Assembly (NCBI RefSeq): GCF_000142905.1
Contig: NW_013657653.1
Span: 124,001-188,000 of the forward strand
DNA length: 64,000 nt
Source of the DNA: Thecamonas trahens ATCC 50062
Taxonomy: Eukaryota; Protista; Apusomonadida
Direction: 5' to 3'
A program made the translations under genes and the position numbers. The notes beneath the pieces are model-generated. The model saw only the letters and a program-made list of their open reading frames with translations. It searched no databases and was not told the DNA's origin. Position 1 is the first letter of the stretch; each line of letters begins with the position of its first letter. Below, in pieces: positions 11,653 to 22,678 of the stretch.

Positions 11653-14027
11653 ATGGACGGCTCGTATGGCTATGAGTTTGACGAGTACGACGCCGAGTTT
11701 GCGGCGGCGGGACCACCGGCGGGTGACTCGCTGGACTCGTCGGATGAAGGGGATTCTCTAGACGGACATGGAGGTCGGTATGGAGGGAGAGGGAGTAGGG
11801 GGAGCAGGGGAAATAGGGGAAGGGACTCGTATGGTCGTCGTGGTCGTGGTCGTGGTGAGGTCGAGGCTGAGGTCGAGGTCGGGGATGGAGCCGGAGCTGC
11901 AACAGGAGGCGGAGGAACGGCCAAACCGGCCTTTGATTGGTCGGCCTTTGGCCAGGTCCGTGAGCTGGAGGAACAGAATGCAGAGCACGTTCTTGAGCTT
12001 GATGCATTGAGGAGAGATAATGCTCGGCTCCGGGCCAAGGTGGAGGATCTGGCGGAGAAGGCAGCGCGCAAGTTCCAGCCCGAGTCATCAGAGAGGGCGC
12101 CCGAGCCGGCAGCCGGCGCTGGCGCATACGACATGCGCGACGCCAAGATCGTTAAGCTGACCAAGGCCAAGCGCTCGCTCACGGTTGCACTGGAGCGAGA
12201 GCGGACGCGGTCAGCGACATTGCAGACCCAGCTCGATGCTACTAAGCCCGGGTTTGAGTTTGCGGTGGCGCATCTGCCGCCGGCGCGCGCTGCCGAGTTC
12301 CGCCAGCTGCTTGGCGGACAGACTGTAGTGTCGCCGGCCAAGAAGAGCAGCGGCAAGAGCAGCAGTCGGAGTGGTGGCGCTGGGCCGCCTGGGCCGGACA
12401 CCGGCGCCGGACGCGAGCTGGCCAAGTCGCTGTCGCGGGCGCAGGCGCGCAACCGCGAGTACCGACTGGTCATCGAGAAGCTCAAGACCGAGCTCAAGGC
12501 GACCCAGCGGGCGTTGGTCCGCGAAGTGGGCGATAATGTGCCGCTGGAGGAGGTCCTTGTGGAGGGCTCCGGGTGGCGCGGGCGGGCCGAGACCATCTCG
12601 CTGCTCTCGGACAAGATCCGCAAGCTCAAGAAGCAACTGGCAGCCGGAGTCAACTACCTCGACCAGACTGGGGTGCCGACGGCGACGTCATTTGACGACA
12701 AGCATGCGTCGACCATCCGGGCGTTGGAAGAGTCCAAGGTCGACCAGATTATGCGGCTGGAGCGGACCATCGAGATGCAGAACACAGAGCTCTCTGAGCT
12801 CAAGCTCAAGATCCGCGGCAAGGCGTCGCGGACAACGGCGCTGGAGAAGGATATGAAGATGCTCCGCGAAAAGGTCCAGGTCCTCCTCTCCAAGACCTCC
12901 AACGACGACGAGCTCATCCAGGCGCTGCAAGCCAAATTGTCGACGACCCAGGCGGCGCTGGACGCCAAGCCGCGCAAGTACGGCGCGTCGGCGACCGGCC
13001 GCTCACCGTTCCTCACCGAGGTCCCGCCGTCGGCAGCATCGTCTCGCAACGGGCGCGGCCCGCGCCGGCTGCGGCCGCTCTCGGGCCCACCAAAGCGACC
13101 GGCCAAGATCGACGTCCACACCATGCCCGAGTACCTCGAGCTTGAGAAGCAGGCCAAGCAGCTCGATGGCGCGCTGCGCGAGACCCGCAAGCAAGTCGAT
13201 GTCCAAGAGAAGATTGTGCTCCAGCTGCAGCGTGAAGTCGAAGATCTCCACCACACCATCGACGAGCAGGCGCACTCGCTCAGCCAGGCCGACAAGGAGC
13301 TGCGCGAGCTGCGCGACGAGGCTGCAGATGCCCGCGCCGCAGCGCGCGCCGCCGCCATGGCTTCGGTTGTCACGTCGCCGGGCGGCGACAAGGCAGAGCG
13401 CGAGAGCCGCGAGAGCCGCGAGGCGGGCGAGACACGCCAAGGTCACGAGAGTCGCAAGCCGCGCGAGGCGAACAAGCCGGGGGTGTACGTGGCACACCCG
13501 GAGCTGCTGGATGTGATCGAGCTGAAGACGAACCTGGAGGCGCTGGCGCACGAGAACGACGAGCTCTCAGCCCACATTGATTCGCTCCGGCACCAGTTGG
13601 ACGAGACACACAACCACTCGCTCAAGCTCGAGTCTGTCCGGGCGTCACTGGCGTCACAGCTGCAGTCGGCCAAGGAGGCACTGGCGGCGAAGCGGTCTCG
13701 CGAGCCGCCCCGTCGCGTCTCATGGAGGAGCTGGAGGACTCGCGAGTGAAGCTCCAGCTTGCGCTCGACACCAACGAGGCGCTCAAGAAGACGTATGCAG
13801 CCCAGATCGACTCGAAGGATGACGAGCTGGCGATGTACCACTCGCTGCTGAATGAGACCCGCGCATCGTTCCACGCCGCGCTGGCCGAGGTGAAGGAGCG
13901 CGTTGAGACTGAGATCGAAGAGAATCGCGCGGCGCGCGAGCAGGACCACAACAGCAGATTCGGGCATGGACGACGCCCGTCTCAAAAGCCGCGGAGCAGC
14001 CTCAAGCAGAAGAGCCGAAGGTCGTAA
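11653..14027 (+). CDS. CCDC13: Coiled-coil protein CCDC13-like (centriolar satellite/cilia); frameshift at ~13710
   Basis: Conserved-looking block ALVREVGDNVPLEEVL..GSGWRGRAETISLL and KTSNDDELIQAL. The C-terminal block KDDELAMYHSLL..F..AL lies in ORF 13722-14027. Adding one C to the CCCC run restores EPPPSRLMEE. Confidence 0.8.
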
Positions 14028-14046
14028 GCCAAACCATGAACACTCT

Positions 14047-14979
14047 TTACCGATAGCGCCTTCTAGGGCGAGTCACATACACCGGAGACGGTGGCGAGGT
14101 AGCTACGGTGCTGCATGCCGGCGTCAGAGCAGCATTGCGCGGTGGGCTCGGCTGCGAGTCGCGCCAAGTCCAGTGCCGTTGCGAGACCCTGGGTTGCGGA
14201 CGCGAGCGTGAGCGCGAGCGCGGGCGAGCGCGAGAGCGAGAGCGAGAGCGAGAGCGAGAACGCGGACGCGAGCGCGAGCGCGAGCGCGCACGGGAGCCGG
14301 AGAGCTGGCGGTCGACAGTGACGATAGCGTCATAGCCCGGCGGTCCAAGATCGGCAGAACGAAGCGATGCCGATGTGTGCGAGTGCTGGAGAAGCTGCTG
14401 AATGTGTGCGTCGCGGGGAGGCAGGCGATGAGTGTCCGGCTGGCGCGGGGGCGATCGTGCGCGCGAGCGCGAGGCCGACCTTGCGCGCGAGCGCGAGGCC
14501 GATCTCGCTCGGGAGCGCGAGGCGGAGCGAGAGCGAGAGCGTCCTTGGCGCTCGCGAGCGGACCACACAAGCGCATCGGCCTGGACAGCTTGCGCTGACG
14601 TGTGAGTCGAGGCAAGCATGTCGATGCGCGGCGGGGCGAAGACCGGCGGCGGCGGGGCGTCACCATCGGGCACCGTGTCTGACGAGAGGTACTCGAGATC
14701 GTCCATGACCAAGGCGCGGAGGGTGCGGCGACCGCCACAGTACGACGTGCTGTGGGTAGTCGAGTGGGCGGCGGGAGGGCGTGCGACGTAGCTGGGCACC
14801 GCCTGCTGCATCGGCGGCTGCGGCGACGGCGACGGCATGTTCGGGGCGAGCGAGCGGATGGGTGGAGCGGAAGGTGGCGTGCGGTAGCGGAACAGCGGCA
14901 TGGGCGAGTGAATGAGTGGGTCGTAACCATGAAGCGGGGCAAAGTATGTGCTTGTGGAGTAGCCGGATGAGCCCGGCAT
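14047..14979 (-). CDS. Low-complexity Pro/Arg-Ser-rich protein
   Basis: 310-aa ORF with RS-dipeptide tracts, stop 19 nt from the CCDC13 stop, C-rich leader like neighbouring genes. No domain recognised. Confidence 0.5.
   Translation of the reverse strand: MPGSSGYSTSTYFAPLHGYDPLIHSPMPLFRYRTPPSAPPIRSLAPNMPSPSPQPPMQQAVPSYVARPPAAHSTTHSTSYCGGRRTLRALVMDDLEYLSSDTVPDGDAPPPPVFAPPRIDMLASTHTSAQAVQADALVWSARERQGRSRSRSASRSRARSASRSRARSASRSRARSPPRQPDTHRLPPRDAHIQQLLQHSHTSASLRSADLGPPGYDAIVTVDRQLSGSRARSRSRSRPRSRSRSRSRSRARPRSRSRSRPQPRVSQRHWTWRDSQPSPPRNAALTPACSTVATSPPSPVYVTRPRRRYR
14200..14290. repeat. (GAGAGC/GAGCGC)n hexamer repeat encoding RSRSRS on the minus strand
   Basis: Visible tandem hexamers. A related 24-nt unit (RSASRSRA) repeats at ~14460-14540. 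Confidence 0.85.
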
Positions 14980-15631
14980 GGTGGCGAGGTACGAGGTGGA
15001 GAGAGCCAGTCGAGTTGAGTGGTAACGGACAGAGTGGAGTGCATGATTAATTGATCGAGTGATAATCGATGGTTGAGAATGTGATTGTTGTTGAAAGTAT
15101 AATCGATGGATGGCATAGGTTCACGACTTCAACCAAGGGAGGGAAGGAGGGGGAGGGGAGGGGAGGGGAGGGGGGGGATGGAGCAGAACCAAGCATCCAT
15201 TGAGCACTGACGGTGTATCATGGGTAGATGGGAGATGGAGGTATACTGGTGTGGCGATGTGTGCGAGGCGTGGTGCAGATGAGGGTAGATGGGTAGATGG
15301 CTCGTCCATCTCTGCCTTGGATGTGGTGAGCGTTTGAGGGCAGAGTCCGGACGGCGTTGGGCAAGACTTGTCGCGGCCGAGGTAGGGCTTGACAGACATC
15401 GAAGACCAGGCTATTGTCCACGCAGAGAAGAGATACTCTACGCGTGTGGTCTTCTTGAGGGCTTGGTTGGCTTCAAGAGGGAAAACAGCAAGAAGCGTGG
15501 TGTTGGTAGTGGTCGGTGGCTCGGAGAGAGAGTGGAAGAGCAAGGCTACGACCGAGCGACCGAGTACGGGTGCTGGCGATCAGAGGTTGTGAGCTGGTGT
15601 GTGGAATATAGAGAGCGACAGTTAGTTCAAG

Positions 15632-17125
15632 ATGGCTGATGTGGTGGCACGATCAGAGGCGCTGCTGCGGGATCCGGCCGAGGCGTGGAGGGAGCTGTGG
15701 CGGGTGGTGTCGGGTGCGCTCAACGGGGTGCAGCAGGTTGTGATTGTCGACGGCGATCAGCAGACCTTTGTGCTCGACGAGATTGTGGAGAGCAGTGGAC
15801 GAGTGGGCAACAAGTATCAGATGGCCGGTACGGTTCTGGTGGTGTGCATCATGCGTGGGCATCTCAACAAGCCCGACATGGAGGAGGCGATGCGGCTGGC
15901 AGAGGCCTCGCCGTGGATGTGGATTGTGCCGACGCTGGGACGGACCAAGGACGCGGCTGATGTGGAGGTCTCATGCCAAGCGGTGCATCTGCACTATCAG
16001 CTGCCACTGGAGGTCACCTTTGTGGTTGCCTCGCAGGACGGGTTCGCCTCGGAGCTCGTGGCGCATCTCCGGACGCTGGGGCGCGAGGTCGAGCTCGTTC
16101 TCGAGTGGACCCAAGCGCTGCTGCAGCAGCCTGTGCCCAAGCCTGGGCCAAGCCGCAAGAAAGGCAGGGTTGACGCCTCGGTGCTCTCTGCGCGGCACAT
16201 TGTCAAACTGGTGAGCGAGGTGGGGTGCGACGGGGTGGCATCAGTGGTAGCCATGGGTTCCGGGCTCAAGCAGTGGTGCCCGGAGGGCTACACATCCAAG
16301 ATGTTCCGGCGGCTGCTGAAGGATGCGCTTGAGCTGGGGTGGGTGCAGCGGACAAGCAGCGGAAGCGAAGCGTACTTTGTGAGCTCGGACGGGATGAGCC
16401 AGCTCGAATCTGCGACCACTGAGGCGCAGAGGCGGGACCACATCAAACTGGTGGCTGAGTTGATGGAGCGCGAGGCCGACGCGTCGGGCGTGGTCTTGCT
16501 TGCGCGGCTGGGCGAGTGCGTCAAGGAACGGATGTCGCAGGACTTGCCGGGCGCCGTCTACTCGAAAGCGTATTTTCGGCTCATGCTCACCGACGTGCTG
16601 GCAACGGGCGAGTACTGGCAGATCGGCGAGGGTGCCCGAGTCGGGCTCTCGACCTCGAAGTACGCCGTTGATCAGCAGTCAAGACCGAGCCTGTTGTACG
16701 CCCCGTCTTCCTCGCCGTGGATGATGAACGCCGGCGAGCGGCCATCGACGCCGAGGATGGAGCGGGTTCAGGTCAACGTCATCGCGCGTTCGCCGCGCGA
16801 GGCGCGGCAGGCACCGACGCTGGAGGCTATCATCAGCTATCTCGAGCGTGGTGGGTATACTACGCCGGCCACCGCCGTCGAAATTGCCTCGCTCGGCCAG
16901 CTGCCGGTGTGGAAGGAGCGCGACCGCGGCGCAGGCTTTGGCAAGATGGCACGGTTTCTCACTGCCGCGATGGCCAAGAACGCAGGCGTTGTTGTCGACG
17001 ACACTGAGATGGTATATCTGAAGATGGAGCAAGGTGCGTCTGGCCGCGAGTCGCCGCTCCGCACTCCGGGCACGCCGTACTCGACCGACTCAGGCGGGTC
17101 AAGCCCATGGAACTCGCGCCAGTGA
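15632..17125 (+). CDS. NYN/PIN-like nuclease domain plus three OST-HTH/LOTUS-like winged-helix domains
   Basis: VIVDGDQ...KDAADVEV...FVVASQDGFASELVAHLRTLGREV fits the NYN pattern. Three downstream segments show helix-(S/A)xLG...(Y/F)xKxF/L, e.g. IASLGQ...GFGKMARFL. Confidence 0.7.
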   Translation: MADVVARSEALLRDPAEAWRELWRVVSGALNGVQQVVIVDGDQQTFVLDEIVESSGRVGNKYQMAGTVLVVCIMRGHLNKPDMEEAMRLAEASPWMWIVPTLGRTKDAADVEVSCQAVHLHYQLPLEVTFVVASQDGFASELVAHLRTLGREVELVLEWTQALLQQPVPKPGPSRKKGRVDASVLSARHIVKLVSEVGCDGVASVVAMGSGLKQWCPEGYTSKMFRRLLKDALELGWVQRTSSGSEAYFVSSDGMSQLESATTEAQRRDHIKLVAELMEREADASGVVLLARLGECVKERMSQDLPGAVYSKAYFRLMLTDVLATGEYWQIGEGARVGLSTSKYAVDQQSRPSLLYAPSSSPWMMNAGERPSTPRMERVQVNVIARSPREARQAPTLEAIISYLERGGYTTPATAVEIASLGQLPVWKERDRGAGFGKMARFLTAAMAKNAGVVVDDTEMVYLKMEQGASGRESPLRTPGTPYSTDSGGSSPWNSRQ

Positions 17126-17508
17126 CGGCGAACAGGTGGGAGGAGAGCTCATTAGACGAAGCAGCAATACTGCAAGCTGGTTGCTGACCGGGTGGTCAAT
17201 GCAGCCGGATAACGGTCAGCTTGCAGTGTTGCCGCTACGTCTGGTAGTCGATCGCAGTTTGCTGGCGATGGACATTGATGATCTTGTAGCGATGCTGGTG
17301 AACGGCCCAGGATGACTGAGAGCAGAAGTGTTTTCTTGGAGGCGATGGAGGACGGCTTCCATCGAACAACGCTGTTGCCGTCAAAAAGCCGACCGTGGCG
17401 GGCAGAGGTAAAGGTGGTAGACAAGACAGACCTCTCTCCGACAACCAGTCTAGAGGGGTTCTTCGTGTACTACCAGTAGCTATCTCCTCTTGCATACCTG
17501 TGCCCGCC

Positions 17509-18548
17509 ATGGACTCTTCGGACTCGGCAGAAGTGTTCGAAGGCTTGCCAGCCCTGCTGCCGGAATTATTGTCAATGAGTTTGGTTGACGAGGCTATTGT
17601 ACCACGCCCAGTCTCCATTTCGCCCATGCCTTCGGAGGATGACGAGGTTGACAGCGGTCCTGGCTCACCCGCCGGAGGCGCGGGCTCGCCCCACTTGCTG
17701 ACGCCCTTGCACTGCTCGTCAGCGACGCCTGTCGCGGACACGGTGTTGGCACGGCCAGCTACTCCGTTCGCCTCGTCGGCGAAGGATACCTTGTCGCTGG
17801 GATTGGCGACGCCCTCCCCGAACTCGAGACCCCCGCCGACGTCGACTGGGAGCCCGGTCGCTTCGGTCACGCTCACCCCCTGCAGCCCACCCAACGTATC
17901 GGCGGAGGAGCGTGGGGCCAGCGCATGTGGTTCCTCGGATGATGATGATGCACGAGTTCTGGGCTCTGGCGAGAAGGTATGGCAGGAGTTTCTTTGCCGA
18001 TTCGATGTAGTGGCTTTCCCCGCAATGCCATGCTGAAGGTCAAGGTTATGCCGATCCTCCAGAAATCCGTCGACGTCGGGAGCACCGCTATCACCGTGGA
18101 GGTGCTGGACAAGATCTTGGCCTCTGTGGAAAAGGAGGAGGACGCGTCAGATTGCGATTTGTGCAAGAAGGACGAGTATCACAGGCCAATGGAGCACTGG
18201 TGCCACTCGCTGGTCTTGACCCTCAGAAGCAGCTGGAGCAAAGATTGGTCTGGGTGTTGGCCTGGCTGCCAGTGCCGCGTGGAGAACTCGTACCTGCGCG
18301 GCCTGCTGGTCAGTCCTGACGCGTCCACGCAACTTCTCAAGTTCGCGGCCGCTATCGTCATGCTCACGCTGAAGACGAACTCTCTCAAGTCCACAACGAA
18401 GGGTCACAACGCCCGCGTTGGTCATGTGAAAAAGTACCTCCCGTGGTACATCTGCAAGGTGTGGCGCAAGCTGTACGGAAAGCGCGCAGCGTCCACGCCC
18501 AGCCCCGACGCACCACCACCCAAGCGACACAAGTCGCTTACGCCGTAG
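17509..18548 (+). CDS. Orphan protein A: acidic Ser/Pro-rich N-terminus, Cys-containing globular domain, basic NLS-like tail; frameshift at ~18020
   Basis: gccATGg at 17509. ORFs 17395-18036 and 17979-18548 join if one C is added to TTTCCCCG, giving DVVAFPRNAMLKVK. Motif-level similarity to the 20830 gene. Confidence 0.6.
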
Positions 18549-19143
18549 AAGCTGGATATCTCCTGCTACCTCACGGCTGTCAAGACGTATGATCCCAAGT
18601 CAGAACATCGCCGTTCATGACTGTGGAAGACCGGACCTTCTCTGGACATGCAACGCAAGCGAGCCCTGTGACCATCATGGTGCACCTGAGCTTCTCGCCG
18701 CGCAATCCACCAGGAGCCTCGCGTCCCCCACGTCGCAGAACGCGATGTCAGCACCGCGCTGAATTCAAGACACTTTGTTCCCGACTGTGCAGCACAAGAT
18801 AACCTGTGGACACGAGCAAGAGCAAGCGAGCATCGCAATGGCAGAAGCCTCTCGACTCCAGGCCAAGGCCTTGGCGAGATCGAGCAGACTGCCGCGCCGC
18901 GATCTCCACGCCACGCATCAATGCCACATTTCCTCTCTGTCACGTCACATCGACGAACACTTTGTCAGCAACCCGTAGAAGGGCAAGTCACGCGTCTCGA
19001 CCCCCCCCCCCCTCCCCCCCCCCTCTCTCTTTCATTTTCTAATCAACAACCTAAATGCATTCTCTCAATCGCCCGCATTCCTTCCTCTCGCCCGCCTATC
19101 ACACAAACGCACTTGCATCTGCTTCACTCCGGGACGCCCTGCC

Positions 19144-20240
19144 ATGTTCTCTTCCTCCTCATCGTCTTCGTCCTCATCCTCCGCCTCCTCCCAGCCCCCC
19201 CCACCACCCCCACCCCCACCCCCACCCCCACCATCCTCCGCAGACCCGCCGACGCCGCCTGTCGCCGCCACACCTACCCGCCGCGAGCGGCTGGAGGCGC
19301 AACTGGCCGAGGCCGGAGCAGCGGCGATGGAGGCGTCCAAGGGCATGATCTTTGTCGAAGAGAGCAGAATAGCCGTGCCGTGGGCTCAAGGCGAGGGCGA
19401 GAGCGATGCTCCAGACGGCGGATGGGAGACTGCGCTGCCGGCGGCGGCGCTCTACACCCTCACTCTTGACCAGATGATGGGCCGAGCGCCGCGGATCATC
19501 CACGCACCGTCGCTTCGGGTGTGCTCGGCCAAGGCGCTAGCCAAGGGCAAAGCCCGGCGGATCCGGTTGGTCCATGTCTCGGACACCCACCTGAAGCACC
19601 CGGAGATTGTCGTCCCCCCGTGCGATGTGCTTGTCCACTCGGGCGACTTTAGCACCCGCCTCACTCCTGACGAGCTTCCGCAGGTGCTTGCGAGCTTCAA
19701 CGAGTGGCTGGCGGCGGCGCCGGCTGCCCACCGGGTGGTGGTGTGCGGCAATCACGAGATTGCGCTCTCGCGCATGACTGCCGACGACATCCAGGCGCTG
19801 ATGCCGGACGTAGTCTACCTGCAGGACTCGGGCGCCAAGATCGAAGGCATCAAGTTTTACGGCTTGCCGTGGACCCACGCCTCGCGCTCGTACGCCTTTG
19901 GCACCAATGAAGCTGGCTTGGCCAAGGCCTGCAAGAAGATACCCAAGAAGACCGACGTTCTCGTCATGCACATGCCCCGTTCAACATCATGGATACCGCG
20001 TTTGTCGGCGGGACTGGCGGGCGCGACTGCGAGGTCTGTGGCAAGAGCCATGCCGGCAAGCGGCACTGGGGCTCCCACGCCCTCGCTGCCCGCGTCGCCA
20101 AGATCAAGCCCAAGCTCCACCTCTACGGCCATGTCCACGATGTCGTCGGCGTCCGGCTCGCTCCCTCGGGATGCACCATGTTCTCCAACGCCTCGTACGA
20201 CATCGCCCACCCTGTGGTGGTGGTTGATCTCTACGTGTAG
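19144..20240 (+). CDS. Metallophosphoesterase (MPPED1/239FB-like); frameshift at ~19977
   Basis: HVSDTH, HSGDF, CGNHE, YLQDSG, DVLVMHMP, then GSHAL..IKPKLHLYGHVH..FSNAS in ORF 19989-20240. One extra C gives HMPPFNIMD. Confidence 0.92.
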
Positions 20241-20829
20241 CTCCCCCCCGCGCGCATGCGCCATCGGATCGCCCCACCACGGCCACGCGCACCATGCTTC
20301 GCCGACACCCTCTCGCGCGCCGTTGGTGTGTAGCTGCGCGCGCGAAAGCGGTGAGACTCATGCTGGTCGCCAATAGCCGGTTCGTCTGTCGATGTCTTTC
20401 TTAGCGCTGATGCACCCGGTGGCAGCTGGTGGGAGGGAAATGCTGATGATCCAGATCTTGTCGGCGGCCGGCGAGGACCGAGTGCACATGTGTTTCCCAG
20501 CGTAGCGGGTCGCTTCCCCGACGCGCTTGGGCGGTCCCCCAAGCGGGAGGACTGGACGAGACCCATGAAAGCCATGTTTGCGAATCATGTCGCCCCGCGC
20601 CGAAGTCCTCGTCAACACAAGATCCTGCTGTGCCCTGATGTCGGTAACGCCGGCTTGCCTATCACCCGCCCGCCCGCCCGCCCACCCGCCGGCCTACCTG
20701 TCAGCACGTGCCGACCAGGAGAAACCGAGGGCAGATCGTAGCTGAGCGAATAGTCAGTCTCTCACCGCACCCGCCGCACCCCTCACAGTCCACTTTCCCC
20801 ACACCTCACTCTACAAGACACCGGGTACC

Positions 20830-21867
20830 ATGAGCTGCCAAAGCCCTCCAGAGTGTTCTTCTGAGGAGCTGCGGCCATGGAGCTTGGATTTGGAGGTGCC
20901 TCTCGACCACCTGGATCCCCCCTCCCCGCTCATGTCGGATCTGTCGCCGTCGACCTTTTCGGATGATTTTTTAATGGGTCCGTTCACCTTTTCGGCCAGC
21001 AGTCCACCTGCTGACGAGTCGGACACGCCGACATCGGGTTCGCCCTTGCCAGAGCTTGACTTCGCTGACCTGTTGACTTCGTCCGATATCGACAAGTTTC
21101 TCCAACACCCTATCTCGCTAGAGTCGAGCCATTCTCCTCCCACGCCTGGAGAGTGGTCGCTTTCGAGCGACCAAAGCTCGAACGCCAGCAGTGTGGAACG
21201 CACGATCATGGCGCCCGTGATACTCTCAAATCTGCAGGCGTGTTGGCAAGAGGACAAGTTGAAGGAGAGAGGCGACAAGCTGTTCGAGGTCTTTATCAAC
21301 GGCGTCAAGGAGCTCGATTCCAACGAGCAGGATAAGGTCCGCTACAAGTTTCAAAGCCGCAACAAGTTTTTCTTCTGCAAACTTGCCAGCATCAAAGGTC
21401 TCACTCCGCAACGTCTCCTGGAACGATGGGAGGCGCTGAAGAGCGAAGCAAGGCCATCCGGTGAAGAGTGGTCCCCCTTCGGATAGAAGGCCGACACCAT
21501 TGCCAAGAAACACGGCTTGATTCTGGAGGGCAAAGGCTCTTACTGGGGCACATCAAAGGGCTCGTTGGGCTCCATACTCTGGAACTCCTGTGAGTCGGAC
21601 CCCAACTATTTGTCGTTCGACGACTACATCGACTTTGTCCTTGCACTTTTCCTCCTTCACTGCACCGTGCTCCTTGACCCAACACCCACCTCTCCGCCAA
21701 GGCGCAAGCCGCCGAAGCGTAAGAACCGGAGCCATGTGCCCGGCCAGCGCGTCAACGAGCAGTACCCCTGGATCTACGACAAGATCGTGCACGACAAGGG
21801 CAACCTGACACGGAAGCGCGCCAAGACCGAAAGTCCGCACCCCCAAGACGCGAGTACGTCAGAATGA
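20830..21867 (+). CDS. Orphan protein B, paralogue of the 17509 gene, interrupted by an in-frame TAG at 21484-21486 (possible pseudogene)
   Basis: ORFs 20830-21486 and 21517-21867 are in the same frame, separated only by one TAG. Acidic S/P/D N-terminus; basic RRKPPKRK and RKRAK segments. Confidence 0.6.
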
Positions 21868-22678
21868 GTTCAGCAACTATGTTGCTCGACGTTTCATCCG
21901 ACCACTCCTCGCACCAACGCCCAGGCTCCTCTGCTTGAGTTGCATCTGCACATGCTCGACATTGTCGCTCTCTGCGTTTGTAGAGCTGTGCAGCAGGCTC
22001 CCGCCCTCGACGGTGCCGGCTCAGTGCCGGCGCTATCACTGACAACAAGTGATAGCGCCGACACTGAGCCGGCACACGTTGAGGGCGGGAGCGTGCTGCA
22101 CAGCTTGACAAACGCAAAGAGCGACAATGCATGGCACACGTGCTGCAGCAATCGAGAGCATCTTCGCGACTGCGTCCCACTGTCGCTCTTTCTACGCTTT
22201 CCCGCGACGGGGAATGTAGCAGGACGACAGGACGGGGTCCAGTCGTGGGGTTGAGGTCCGCATCACCGGGCACCCAGCAAGGTCCTAACAACCTTTTTCT
22301 TCAATCGATACCACGATTCCAACCAATCCTCTTTTCTTCTCCATAAATCATCACATTCATCAAGACCTGGTTGCCTGCCACCTGCTGCCCGTCGCCTCCC
22401 GGCCGCCCGTCGGCCTCACGCACTCGCACGGCACGCAGTACCAGCTAGTAGATCTCCACCAAGACCCGCACAAGCCCTCGCTCAACATCAAGGACACCGC
22501 GTTGATGGGCGGAGCTCACCCTCACTCCATGCGCAACCAAACGATCTTGTTACACAGCTTCTCCGCCTCTCCCGTCGGATCGCCGCCGCCCCACGGCTAC
22601 GCGCCCTCAGCCCCAGCCCCACCCTGCCGGCTCTACTCTCCTCCTCCTCCTCCCCCTCGCGCCCCACCTTACTCCCTC

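Noticed and set aside
17977-18010. GTATGG...TAG 34-nt candidate intron in orphan A
   Set aside because: Splicing does not join the two ORFs in frame. A one-base homopolymer fix at ~18020 does, and keeps the block shared with paralogue B.
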